A DNA stretch of 64,000 nucleotides from Candidatus Sumerlaeaceae bacterium. Its GTDB lineage: Bacteria; Sumerlaeota; Sumerlaeia; Sumerlaeales; Sumerlaeaceae. This document shows positions 28,122-37,334 of the stretch, piece after piece. Position numbers and translations under genes: made by a program. Position 1 is the stretch's first letter, and every line of letters starts with the position of its first letter. Where the stretch lies: assembly GCA_049968255.1 (NCBI GenBank), contig JBMFRB010000006.1:135800-199799 (forward strand), read 5' to 3'. Under the pieces are notes generated by a model. That model made no database searches. It saw only the letters and a program-made list of their open reading frames with translations, and was not told where the DNA came from.

Positions 28122-29582
28122 GTGGGTAACGAGAAACAGTTTGTTCAAGAGATCACACCGAAATCTCAGGATTTTTCTGAGTGGTACGTGGATGTGGTCC
28201 GCAAGGCCGAGCTTGCGGATTATACGACGATCAAAGGCTGCATGGTCATCAAACCCTACGGTTTTGCCCTTTGGGAAAACCTCCGCGACGCTTTGGATAA
28301 GCGGATTAAGGCCACGGGCCACAAGAATGCCTATTTCCCTCTGTTTGTGCCGGAGTCGCTGCTGAAGAAGGAGGCGGCCCATGTGGAGGGATTTGCGCCG
28401 GAAGTGGCGTGGGTCACCCATGGCGGGAACGAACCGCTTGAGGAGCGGCTCGCTATTCGTCCGACTTCCGAAGCCATCATCTGTTCGATTTATGCAAAGT
28501 GGGTGCAGAGCTACCGCGATCTTCCTATTCTCATCAACCAGTGGGCGAACGTCGTGCGCTGGGAGAAGGTGACACGCTTGTTTCTTCGAACAACGGAATT
28601 CTTGTGGCAGGAGGGGCACACTTGTCACCGCACGATGGAAGAGGCGCAGGAAGAAACTCTCTTGATGCTGCGCGTTTATCAGGAGTTCGCAGAAACCGAG
28701 CTGGCTATGCCAGTGATTGCGGGACAAAAGACCGAAAATGAGAAATTCCCTGGCGCGCTATACACCTATTCGATCGAAGCCATGATGGGCGATGGTAAGG
28801 CACTGCAGGCGGGCACATCGCACAACCTCGGCCAGCACTTTTCGAAGATGTTTGAGATCATGTTTGAGGACGAGGACCACGTGCGCAAATTTGTTTGGCA
28901 GACTTCCTGGGGCGTGAGCACGCGACTCGTGGGCGGTGTGATCATGACGCACGGTGATGATCATGGGCTGATTCTCCCTCCGCGAATCGCACCAACGCAG
29001 GTGATCGTGATTCCAATTTTCCAGGCAGCCACGCGGGATGCCGTGGTGGCAAAAGCCACCGAGCTGCAGCAGCAGCTCAGCAAAATTTGCCGCTGCGACA
29101 TTGATGCGCGCGATCAGTACACGCCTGGCTGGAAGTTCAATGAGTACGAATTGCGCGGGGTCCCGCTGCGGCTCGAGTTGGGGCCAAAAGATTTAGCAAA
29201 AGAGCAATGTGTGCTAGTGCGGCGCGACACCCGGGAGAAGTTGTTCTGCCCGCTCAGCGAACTGGAAAACCGCATTCCTGCGCTTCTTGCGCAGATCCAA
29301 AAGGACATGCTTGAGCGCGCTCGTGTTTTCCGGGACGAAAATACCCGCACCGTGACCAATTACGAGGAGTTCAGGCAGGTGATGGAAGACAAGCGAGGAT
29401 TTATTTTCGCGCCTTGGTGCGGGGATGGCGAGTGTGAGCTCAAGGTGAAGGAGGAGACGAAAGCGACTATCCGGTGCCTGCCCCTGGACGATGATAATCG
29501 CGTGGTGGAAGCCACGGAAGGCGTCTGCGTGCGGTGTGGCGCACCGGCCAAATACAACGTGTACTTCGCACGTGCATACTAG
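28122..29582 (+). CDS. proS: Proline--tRNA ligase (archaeal/eukaryote-like type)
   Basis: DFSEWY, HVEGFAPE, RPTSE, QWANVVRWE, FLRTTEFLWQEGHT, QAGTSH.LGQ.F, SWGVSTR, C-terminal FARAY. Confidence 0.97.
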   Translation: MGNEKQFVQEITPKSQDFSEWYVDVVRKAELADYTTIKGCMVIKPYGFALWENLRDALDKRIKATGHKNAYFPLFVPESLLKKEAAHVEGFAPEVAWVTHGGNEPLEERLAIRPTSEAIICSIYAKWVQSYRDLPILINQWANVVRWEKVTRLFLRTTEFLWQEGHTCHRTMEEAQEETLLMLRVYQEFAETELAMPVIAGQKTENEKFPGALYTYSIEAMMGDGKALQAGTSHNLGQHFSKMFEIMFEDEDHVRKFVWQTSWGVSTRLVGGVIMTHGDDHGLILPPRIAPTQVIVIPIFQAATRDAVVAKATELQQQLSKICRCDIDARDQYTPGWKFNEYELRGVPLRLELGPKDLAKEQCVLVRRDTREKLFCPLSELENRIPALLAQIQKDMLERARVFRDENTRTVTNYEEFRQVMEDKRGFIFAPWCGDGECELKVKEETKATIRCLPLDDDNRVVEATEGVCVRCGAPAKYNVYFARAY

Positions 29583-30758
29583 GTGAGCATAAAGGCACCG
29601 GCGATGGCGGAGAGACCAGCACATCCCTGGCGGGTGTTGGAACTTGCCTCCACCTCGGACATGGGCGGCACTGAACGCATGATCCTGTTCTTGGTCGAGC
29701 ATCTTGACCGCGAGCAATTTGAACCTTTCGTGGGATGCATGCAAGGCAAGGGGGAGCTCCTCCGACGGGCTCAGGCAGCTGGTGTGCCAGCATGTCACTT
29801 CGGTCGCCAGAACAGGCTTTCGGCGCGGGGAGCGTGGGAGCTCTTGCGCTTCCTCCGGCGCCACAAAATTGACCTTGTGCAGACCTACGGGCTACGCGCG
29901 GACACCATCGGGCGTGTCGTTGCTAAACTGGCGGGCGTGCCCGTCATTGTTTCGAGTATCCGCTCCATTGATCCCTGGCGGCGGTGGTGGCATGTCTGGC
30001 TCGACCGCCTGACCGCACCGCTCGTTGATAAATTTATATCAAACAGCGAGGCGGGCCGTCAGGCCACAATCCAGCGAGAGAAATTTGCCCCTTCGCGCAT
30101 TGAGGTCATTTACAGCGGCATTCCTGCCCGCGAGATTCCGTTCGGGCGGCGCGAAGAAATTCGGGCGAATCTTGGCGTAGGTTGCGCCGCTTATCCTGTG
30201 GTTGGCATTTTAGCAAATTTACGAGAAATGAAAGGACACCGCGACGTCATTGAGGCGCTGCCCAAAATCCTTGCCGAGTTCCCACAGACGATTTTTCTCT
30301 TTGCCGGACGCGACGATAGTGACGGCGCTATCGAGCGCACGGCCCAGCAGAAAGGAGTGGCTCACGCTATTCGCTTCCTTGGCTACGTGGAAGACACTCC
30401 GACTCTCCTGGCTGCGATAGACATCTTCTGTCTCCCAAGTCATTGGGAGGGACTGCCAGCTGCAGTGCTCGAAGCAATGCACGCGGGCCTGCCCATTGTC
30501 ACGACGCGCGTGGGGGGCATTCCAGAGCTCGTCCGCCACGGGCACGAAGCTCTGCTCATCGAGCCAAGAAACCCGCAACAACTTGCGGGTGCCATTTGCG
30601 AGCTGGCCCGCAATCGCGAGTTAGCTGCGCAATTATCAGAAGCAGCGAAGGCGCGCGCCGTGGCCGAATTTTCGATCGAGGCTATGGTGAAAAAAACGGC
30701 GGAGATTTACCACACACTGTTGCAGCAAAAGACGGGCGCGCCACATGCACGGCGATGA
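29583..30758 (+). CDS. GT4 (group 1) glycosyltransferase
   Basis: GGTER, KGH, DIFCLPSHWEGLP..VLEAM..GLP.V.T.VGGIPE. Confidence 0.9.
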   Translation: MSIKAPAMAERPAHPWRVLELASTSDMGGTERMILFLVEHLDREQFEPFVGCMQGKGELLRRAQAAGVPACHFGRQNRLSARGAWELLRFLRRHKIDLVQTYGLRADTIGRVVAKLAGVPVIVSSIRSIDPWRRWWHVWLDRLTAPLVDKFISNSEAGRQATIQREKFAPSRIEVIYSGIPAREIPFGRREEIRANLGVGCAAYPVVGILANLREMKGHRDVIEALPKILAEFPQTIFLFAGRDDSDGAIERTAQQKGVAHAIRFLGYVEDTPTLLAAIDIFCLPSHWEGLPAAVLEAMHAGLPIVTTRVGGIPELVRHGHEALLIEPRNPQQLAGAICELARNRELAAQLSEAAKARAVAEFSIEAMVKKTAEIYHTLLQQKTGAPHARR

Positions 30759-30851
30759 GGGTTGCGGGCATGCGGATGCGCTGAGGCACCAGCTGCGCAG
30801 CTGCGTTCGGGGCAAGCTGAACATGAGAATAATATGGAGGAAGGCTTACCG

Positions 30852-31166
30852 ATGCTTGCTGAGTTCTCAATCGCTCCCCTATTGGGCCATGAAGAACATC
30901 TATCTGGGCCGGTGGCCGAAATGCTGAAGATTGTGGACGAGAGCGGCCTGCCATACGAACTTCACGCCATGGGCACAATCATCGAAGGCGAATGGAATGA
31001 AGTCATGCCCGTGATTGAGAAGTGCTATCGCTACATGAGCGAACGCTTCCCACGGGTGAGTGTGATCATCAAAATTGACGATGCACGGGGCAGGACGGGA
31101 CGGTTGCGCGGCAAGGTTGAGAGTGTGGAGCGGCTCGTCGGCAAGGCGCTACGTCGGGCGTCGTAG
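30852..31166 (+). CDS. MTH1187/YqgV family thiamine-binding protein
   Basis: MLAEFSIAP, SGLPY.L.AMGTIIEGEW.EV, RVS..IKID. Confidence 0.85.
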   Translation: MLAEFSIAPLLGHEEHLSGPVAEMLKIVDESGLPYELHAMGTIIEGEWNEVMPVIEKCYRYMSERFPRVSVIIKIDDARGRTGRLRGKVESVERLVGKALRRAS

Positions 31167-31308
31167 CCGGTGCTGTCGTTGCCAGCTTTGGAGGGACGAG
31201 ATGGGTCCCCTTCTGTGCCCGAGCGCAATTCTCTTTGACTAAGAGAAAGAAAAGTCTCCAGCTTGTGTTGAAGACGGAATGATCTCAGAAGAGAGGCGGT
31301 CGCCTGCA

Positions 31309-31596
31309 ATGACAAAACAGGAAGTAGCAAATCTGTTATGCAAGAAAACCGGTTTGAGCCAGAAACAGGGGCGGGAGGCCGTGGAAATTTTTCTTTCCGC
31401 GATTAAGGATGCGCTCAAGGCAGGTGAAAAAGTTTCGCTTGTGGATTTCGGCACCTTCCAACTCAAGGCGCGGCGAGCTCGTCGCGCACGCAAGCCCGGA
31501 ACAGGCGAGCAGTTTGTCGTGCCCCCCAAAGCGGTGGTCATTTTCAAGCCTGGAAGAAAGTTCCGGGAACTGGTGGCAAAAACGACAAGCTCGTAA
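31309..31596 (+). CDS. hup: HU family DNA-binding protein
   Basis: MTKQE....L..KTGLS, GEKVSLVDFGTF, R.AR.P.TGE, FKPGR. Confidence 0.92.
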   Translation: MTKQEVANLLCKKTGLSQKQGREAVEIFLSAIKDALKAGEKVSLVDFGTFQLKARRARRARKPGTGEQFVVPPKAVVIFKPGRKFRELVAKTTSS

Positions 31597-31776
31597 AGGA
31601 TCTTGCTTGCTGCTGGCCCGACGAAGAGCGCCGGCAAGTTGCTACGACTGGCACACATTTTTAGGGGGCTAAGCCAGGAGCCTTTCTTCGTCGTCAGCGA
31701 GAAATAATGATGAATCCGCAGAGGAAAATTGGCAGCCCCTTTTCGCTCTGCAACTTTACGGCGTGTCAAGGTTCCA

Positions 31777-32727
31777 TCATTTTCCTGTTCGTGAGGCCCG
31801 ACGACCTTTTGCTTTCCCTGGCCCCTGCGCCCTGTTTGTCCCGGGAAGAAGCGACAAAACTTGTGCGACGATCGACTCCGGAAGCACCGACCGCTGAGCG
31901 ACAATGTAGTAATGCTGACGCACATCTTCGATGACGTGAACGTGCCGCACGTGATAGAGACGCTCCAGCTGTTTGGCTTCGACATAGGGCATGACAAAGA
32001 AGGCTCCCTTGGAGGTAGCAAGCGCTTTGAGTAATGCGCTGTTGTCGATTTCGCCAATGACGTCCGGAGGCGGGGAGATGGTATTGAGCCAGCGCTCGAC
32101 CTTTTGCCGCAGCGGGCAGGATGGCCCTGGAAGCAAAAACGGGCGACCAGCCAGCGCTTGGAGGCCACCGCTTCGAACCCTGTCTGCTAGGCGCACTGGG
32201 GCATAGAGGGCCAGAGGAGAGGCTTCGAGGACTATCCATTGGAACTGTCGCGAGTAGCTGCGCAGAGCCGCCGTGTCCGCCAGCACAAGGCTTATTTCGC
32301 CGTTCATGAGCTTCGCGAGTAATTGCTCAAGGGCCATACTCACTGCTAGAAGACGTAAATCTGCGCGAAGCTTCAGGACCCGCTCGAAAAAACGAAGAGC
32401 GACAAGGTGGGGGAAATTTTCTACAACCCCGACACGCAGCACGGGGGCGCTGGAATGCCTGCCGCTGAGCGTGTCAACAAATTCCTGCGCCGTGGAGAAG
32501 ATTCTCTCCGCATAGGCGAAGGCAGTGCGGCCGGCTTCTGTGAGCACAAGACGGCGCCCCGCTCGCACGAAGAGCTGCGTTCCCAAGTGTTCTTCGAATT
32601 GGCGAAGGTGTGCTGAAAGGGTGGGTTGGCTCAGCCGTAGGCGTTTTGCGGCCGCCACGACCGATCCTTCGAGCGCAATCATCCAGAAACAGAAGAGGTG
32701 GTGAAAATTCAGCGCGGTTAGATCCAT
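31777..32727 (-). CDS. LysR family regulator, NhaR-like
   Basis: LNFHHLFCFWMIA.EGSVVAAA.RL.LSQPTLS and YAERIF resemble the NhaR N-terminus; divergent from the DUF4914-like gene. Confidence 0.88.
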   Translation of the reverse strand: MDLTALNFHHLFCFWMIALEGSVVAAAKRLRLSQPTLSAHLRQFEEHLGTQLFVRAGRRLVLTEAGRTAFAYAERIFSTAQEFVDTLSGRHSSAPVLRVGVVENFPHLVALRFFERVLKLRADLRLLAVSMALEQLLAKLMNGEISLVLADTAALRSYSRQFQWIVLEASPLALYAPVRLADRVRSGGLQALAGRPFLLPGPSCPLRQKVERWLNTISPPPDVIGEIDNSALLKALATSKGAFFVMPYVEAKQLERLYHVRHVHVIEDVRQHYYIVAQRSVLPESIVAQVLSLLPGTNRAQGPGKAKGRRASRTGK

Positions 32728-32762
32728 AGGTTTTCCTTATATCTGTTATAAACATTATTTAT
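32726..32762. promoter_or_regulatory. Putative LysR operator (two T-N11-A boxes)
   Basis: ATAGGTTTTCCTTAT (32726-32740) and the palindromic ATAAACATTATTTAT (32748-32762) sit in the AT-rich divergent spacer. Confidence 0.6.
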
Positions 32763-32817
32763 GAAATTCTATTGAAGGTCTGAAGATAGTTTGACAATCA
32801 TACGGAAGGTGACAACA

Positions 32818-34737
32818 ATGAGCGAAATTCAGAAAAACGGCCACGCCGGGAAATCATCGACGGTTGAGCACCGCGAAATTCCTATCCCAGATGTCCCAGA
32901 CGAAATTAGCCGGGTCCTTCGGGCTGCGCCGATCGTGCGTTACGCGAGCACTGTGCAGGAGCTGATTGAGCTCGCCGTGCCGCAGACGACATGCGATGGC
33001 TGGTTTGAAGTCGGCTACGAAGTGGAGGGCAAAGGTCGCCTCGTGGAGGCACACGTATGCCGGGTGCGCAACGGGATCTCCGTGAACTATCTCGAACCTT
33101 ACATGCGGCGGCGTGACCCCGATTGCATGTTCGTTGGCGACGACGGCCCAACCGATCAACCGCGCTTCCATGAACGATTTGGCAAACCTTTTGGGCCTGT
33201 CCGCGAGGAAACTTTTGCATGGCTGGCCAAGCAGGACCTCGCTGTTTTTGTGTTCCGATCGGGCAAGGAGCCCAAAAGTTTTGATGCGGTGGCGATTTGC
33301 CCGGCTAATGCTGGTTTTTTCGCTCTGGGTCTGGCGATGATTCAGGGCATTCTTCCGCTCGACGACCTGCCTGAGGATTTTTCGCCGACGGCCTTTATTT
33401 TGGTGGCACCAACCTTCCGTCACACGCATTTCAACGGACGCCAAGTTGTCGTGCATAACCGCCTGCCGCAGCGTCACGAGCTGTTTAGCTATAATCTCTA
33501 CCTTGGCCCGAGCGCGAAGAAGGGTGTTTACGGCATGCTTTTGAGCCGGGGCGAGAGCGAGGGATGGGTTACTGCGCATTGCTCGACGGTTCGGGTGGTC
33601 ACGCCTTACGACAATCACGTGGTGTTCATGCACGAAGGAGCCAGCGGCGGCGGTAAATCCGAAATGCTGCAATATCCGCACCGCGAGAGCGACGGACGCC
33701 TGCTCATTGGACGCAATCTCGTGACGGGCGAGGCTCGCTATCTGACGCTGCCGCGCGGCTGCGCGCTCCAACCGGTGACCGATGACATGGCGCTTTGCCA
33801 TCGCACCCTTGATGCGCATGCACGCAAATTGCGGCTACGCGATGCCGAGCAGGCATGGTTTGTCCGCGTGAATCATATCCGCCGCTACGGCACTGATCCT
33901 ACGCTGGAGGAATTGACGATCCATCCTAAGGCCCCGCTGCTATTTTTGAGTATTGACGCAAGGCCCGGAGCGACCGCTTTGCTTTGGGAACATATTGAAG
34001 ATGCGCCGGGCAAGCCGTGCCCAAACCCGCGCGTGATTCTTCCGCGTTCGATTGTGCCGGGAATCGTTGACGACGATGTGACGGTGGACGTGCGTAGTTT
34101 CGGTGTGCGAACGCCACCGTGCACTGCTGAGAATCCCACCTATGGGATCCTCGGTCTGTTTCACATTCTCCCACCCGCGCTTGCATGGCTGTGGCGGCTA
34201 GTGTCGCCGCGCGGACACGACAATCCGAGCATTGTGGGCACAGGGCAGCTTGAGAGTGAGGGCGTGGGAAGCTTTTGGCCTTTCGCGCCCGGTCAGCGAG
34301 TGGAACTCGCAAATTTGCTTTTGCGCCAGATCATGGCCACGCCGGACACTTTGTTCGTTCTGATTCCTAATCAGCACATTGGTGCTTGGAAAGTAGGGTT
34401 CATGCCGCAGTGGCTTTGCCGCGAATATCTAGCGCGCCGTGGCTATGCACCGTTCCGACCTGAGCAGATTGCGCCTTCGCGGTGCTCGCTCCTGGGCTAC
34501 AGTCTGCGAAATATTCACATTGAAGGAACTTCGATTAGCTCGTGGTTTCTCAATGTCGAGTCGCAACCCGAAGTTGGCACGAACGGCTACGATGCAGGCG
34601 CAAAGATTCTCGAAGACTTTTTCAGGCAAGAACTTCGCAAATACCGTGTGCCGCATCTGGATCAACTCGGGCACGAGATTATCCAATGCTGCTTGGATGG
34701 TGGGACAGTCGAGGATTACCGCAAATTCACAGCATGA
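32818..34737 (+). CDS. DUF4914-like protein with PEP-carboxykinase-type motifs
   Basis: YLGPSAKKGVYG, AHCS, P-loop GASGGGKSE, VTDDMA, CPNPRVILP. Family name is from recall. Confidence 0.8.
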   Translation: MSEIQKNGHAGKSSTVEHREIPIPDVPDEISRVLRAAPIVRYASTVQELIELAVPQTTCDGWFEVGYEVEGKGRLVEAHVCRVRNGISVNYLEPYMRRRDPDCMFVGDDGPTDQPRFHERFGKPFGPVREETFAWLAKQDLAVFVFRSGKEPKSFDAVAICPANAGFFALGLAMIQGILPLDDLPEDFSPTAFILVAPTFRHTHFNGRQVVVHNRLPQRHELFSYNLYLGPSAKKGVYGMLLSRGESEGWVTAHCSTVRVVTPYDNHVVFMHEGASGGGKSEMLQYPHRESDGRLLIGRNLVTGEARYLTLPRGCALQPVTDDMALCHRTLDAHARKLRLRDAEQAWFVRVNHIRRYGTDPTLEELTIHPKAPLLFLSIDARPGATALLWEHIEDAPGKPCPNPRVILPRSIVPGIVDDDVTVDVRSFGVRTPPCTAENPTYGILGLFHILPPALAWLWRLVSPRGHDNPSIVGTGQLESEGVGSFWPFAPGQRVELANLLLRQIMATPDTLFVLIPNQHIGAWKVGFMPQWLCREYLARRGYAPFRPEQIAPSRCSLLGYSLRNIHIEGTSISSWFLNVESQPEVGTNGYDAGAKILEDFFRQELRKYRVPHLDQLGHEIIQCCLDGGTVEDYRKFTA

Positions 34738-35014
34738 CTGCGGTATAGGCCGACCGTCATGCATTCTATAGCCCAGCGCGATAAAGGGCGTGTGACCATT
34801 CACAGAAGGCCGGCGACGGGGTCACAATTCTCGGGCGCCCCATCAGGCATGGCGACCGCGGGAATGGCGCGCTTGTGCACTGGTGGGGGTGGCAACCCAC
34901 TCGCACTCGCTGAGCGAGTCTGGCTCTCTTGCCCAACAGACACTTCTTGGCAGCGGGCTGGGAAGATCGCAATGAGTCAAGGTTTTGAGAACGCTTGAGT
35001 CGCAAAGGAAGCTC

Positions 35015-35980
35015 ATGATGTTTTCGACAGCTTTGCTCAACAATATGCTTTCCCCCATGGTGCTTGCTTTTTGGCTCGGAGTGGGAGCCACCCTGTTGCG
35101 CACCAATTTTCGCGTGCCGCAGCCGGTGTACACGGCGCTTTCCATTTATTTGCTTTTCGCCATCGGAATTAAAGGCGGTGGCGAGCTACGCCACGCGGGT
35201 TTGTTGGCCATCGTCTTGCCAGTGTTGGCCACGCTGGCTCTTGGCCTTATCACGCCTTTGACGGCGTACGCTGTCGCGCGGCGATTTGTGCAACTCGACA
35301 GACCTAATGCTGGTGCTTTAGCGGCTCACTATGGCTCGGTGTCGGCGGTTACGTTTCTTGCTGCTCAGCAATTCTGCAGAAGTCTTCGCGTGCCGTGCGA
35401 AGGCTTCATGCCTTCGCTCATTGCGCTACTCGAGGTGCCAGCCATCATTGTGGCACTGGCGCTGGTTCAAATTAGAGAGGGGCGGGACAGTTCGTTGCGA
35501 GATGTCATCCACGAGGTGGTGACGGGGCCAAGTGTGCTGCTCATGGTGAGTGGCATTCTTATTGGATATATCGCTGGCCCGGAGCGCTTGAAACCGGTGG
35601 AACCGTTTTTTGTGAGCGGATTCCCTGGTGCTCTCGTGCTCTTTCTTTTTGAGCTCGGGATGGTGGCTGCGGAGGAGCTTCCGGTTATGTTGCGGCACGG
35701 CCTCAAGCTTGGCCTCTTCGCGGTGCTGGTACCTCTTTTTCATGGCGTTCTGGGCGTGGCTTTCGGAAAAGTTGCAGGACTCTCGGAAGGCGGCTGTGGG
35801 GTGTTGGGAACGATGGCAGCGAGCGCTTCTTACATCGCCGCGCCAGCGGCTGTCCGGATTGCACTGCCGGAGGCTAATCCTAGCCTTTATTTGGGTTGCT
35901 CGTTGGGGATTACGTTTCCTTTCAACCTGACGCTGGGTATTCCATTATTTTTTGGATTTTCTCATATGTTATTTAGTTAG
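35015..35980 (+). CDS. sbtA: Sodium-dependent bicarbonate transporter, SbtA family
   Basis: LSIYLLFAIGIKGG, AAHYGSVSAVTF, LEVPAII, ASASYIAAPAAVR.ALPEANP, LGITFPFN. Confidence 0.9.
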   Translation: MMFSTALLNNMLSPMVLAFWLGVGATLLRTNFRVPQPVYTALSIYLLFAIGIKGGGELRHAGLLAIVLPVLATLALGLITPLTAYAVARRFVQLDRPNAGALAAHYGSVSAVTFLAAQQFCRSLRVPCEGFMPSLIALLEVPAIIVALALVQIREGRDSSLRDVIHEVVTGPSVLLMVSGILIGYIAGPERLKPVEPFFVSGFPGALVLFLFELGMVAAEELPVMLRHGLKLGLFAVLVPLFHGVLGVAFGKVAGLSEGGCGVLGTMAASASYIAAPAAVRIALPEANPSLYLGCSLGITFPFNLTLGIPLFFGFSHMLFS

Positions 35981-36005
35981 AAAAGAACTCAAGAGAGCTC
36001 TTTTC
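35980..36005 (+). terminator. Possible hairpin/terminator after sbtA
   Basis: GAAAAGAACTC-AAGA-GAGCTCTTTTC imperfect stem. Confidence 0.35.
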
Positions 36006-36094
36006 AACACCTATGCTCGAAAACCGGTGTGGTGTATAGCTAGTTCTGCATAAGCTTAAAGTTTGTGCAGGTTAGCAAGATGGTGGAGCGTCGT

Positions 36095-37300
36095 ATGATG
36101 AGGGGAATTGTGGTTGTCGGAGCAGGCGTCCTCGTCCAGCTTGCGATGGGGGCTCTCTACGCTTGGAGCACGTTTGGGGCGGCTCTGCAGCAGCATTACG
36201 GCCTCGAACCAGGAAAAGCGGCGTCAATTGTGGGCGTCGCGATTCTCACCTTCACACTCGTCATGATTGCAGGGGGGCGCGGTGTGGCTCGGTTTGGGCC
36301 ACGCGTCATGACCTTATGCGGAGCTGCACTGTTTTCGATTGGGTATCTCGTGAGCTCTTTCGCAGGCGGCCGCTACGCTGTGCTTGTTTTAGGTGCGGGA
36401 GTACTGGTCGGCGCTGGTATTGGTTGTACCTACACGGCGCCCATCACCGCGAGCCTGGCATGGTTCCCACAACGCAAAGGCCTTATCACTGGTCTTTCTG
36501 TGGCGGGATTCGGTGCTGGGGCATTGCTGTTGTCGCAATGGGCTGAATGGCTACTCAAGCAGCAGTGGGATGTTCATCATGTCTTGTGGATGATTGCCGT
36601 CGTCAATGGAGGAGCTGCATTCCTTGGTGGCTTATTTCTGCTAACACCCGCGCAGCCAGTGGCGGCCGCTGGGTCCGAGATAGAGTCAAAGGTCATTCGT
36701 CTTCGCGAGGTGTTTTCTAGACAGCCGTTTTGGGCGGGAGTCGTCGGCATGTTCAGCGCGACATTTGGCGGACTTTTGGTGATTGGAAACCTAAAGTCTT
36801 TAGGCCTATCCTACGGATTGGCCGCGGACGTCGCCGCGACAGCTATCGGCATTTTTGCAATTGGCAACGCGGGCGGCCGCCTCGTGTGGGGTGGTGTGTA
36901 CGACAGACTGGGGCGCTGGGCGCTGCCTTTGGCACTCGTACTCCAGGGAATTGTGTTGGCGGGGTTGGCTCATGCACAGGGTGCGGCGTTCTTTATTCCG
37001 CTCGCTGCCACATGCGGTTTTCTGTTCGGTTCCGCTTTTGTTCTCTATGCAGCGGACCTTGCGAGTGAATACGGACGACACGGGATTGCGATCATTTATC
37101 CATGGGTTTTTCTCGCCTACGGTATCGCAGGCTTGCTGGGGCCGTTCGTTGGTGGCAAACTTTACGAAATGACGGGGTCTTACGTCTACGCTTGCTATAT
37201 TGCCACGATGGTTTCTGTGGGAGGAGCGCTAATTTACTTGTTATTGCGCGGTATGCTGACTCACTTGGGGGGTGGTGCGGCTGCCAGGGGCCGAGACTGA
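36095..37300 (+). CDS. MFS transporter, oxalate:formate antiporter (OFA)/monocarboxylate family
   Basis: GALYAWS.F, GAGIG..Y..P....WFP.RKGL.TG..VAGFG.G, N..GR..WG...D; about 12 TM segments. Confidence 0.85.
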   Translation: MMRGIVVVGAGVLVQLAMGALYAWSTFGAALQQHYGLEPGKAASIVGVAILTFTLVMIAGGRGVARFGPRVMTLCGAALFSIGYLVSSFAGGRYAVLVLGAGVLVGAGIGCTYTAPITASLAWFPQRKGLITGLSVAGFGAGALLLSQWAEWLLKQQWDVHHVLWMIAVVNGGAAFLGGLFLLTPAQPVAAAGSEIESKVIRLREVFSRQPFWAGVVGMFSATFGGLLVIGNLKSLGLSYGLAADVAATAIGIFAIGNAGGRLVWGGVYDRLGRWALPLALVLQGIVLAGLAHAQGAAFFIPLAATCGFLFGSAFVLYAADLASEYGRHGIAIIYPWVFLAYGIAGLLGPFVGGKLYEMTGSYVYACYIATMVSVGGALIYLLLRGMLTHLGGGAAARGRD

Positions 37301-37334
37301 TTGATCGCGCGACGGGCGGGATGTGCCGTGTGCC

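Noticed and set aside
32791-32819. TTGACA-N17-AACAAT sigma70 promoter, and the TTG start in the ORF track
   Set aside because: The -10 box would overlap the ATG at 32818 and leave out the RBS. The ATG with a GGAAGG RBS is the better start.
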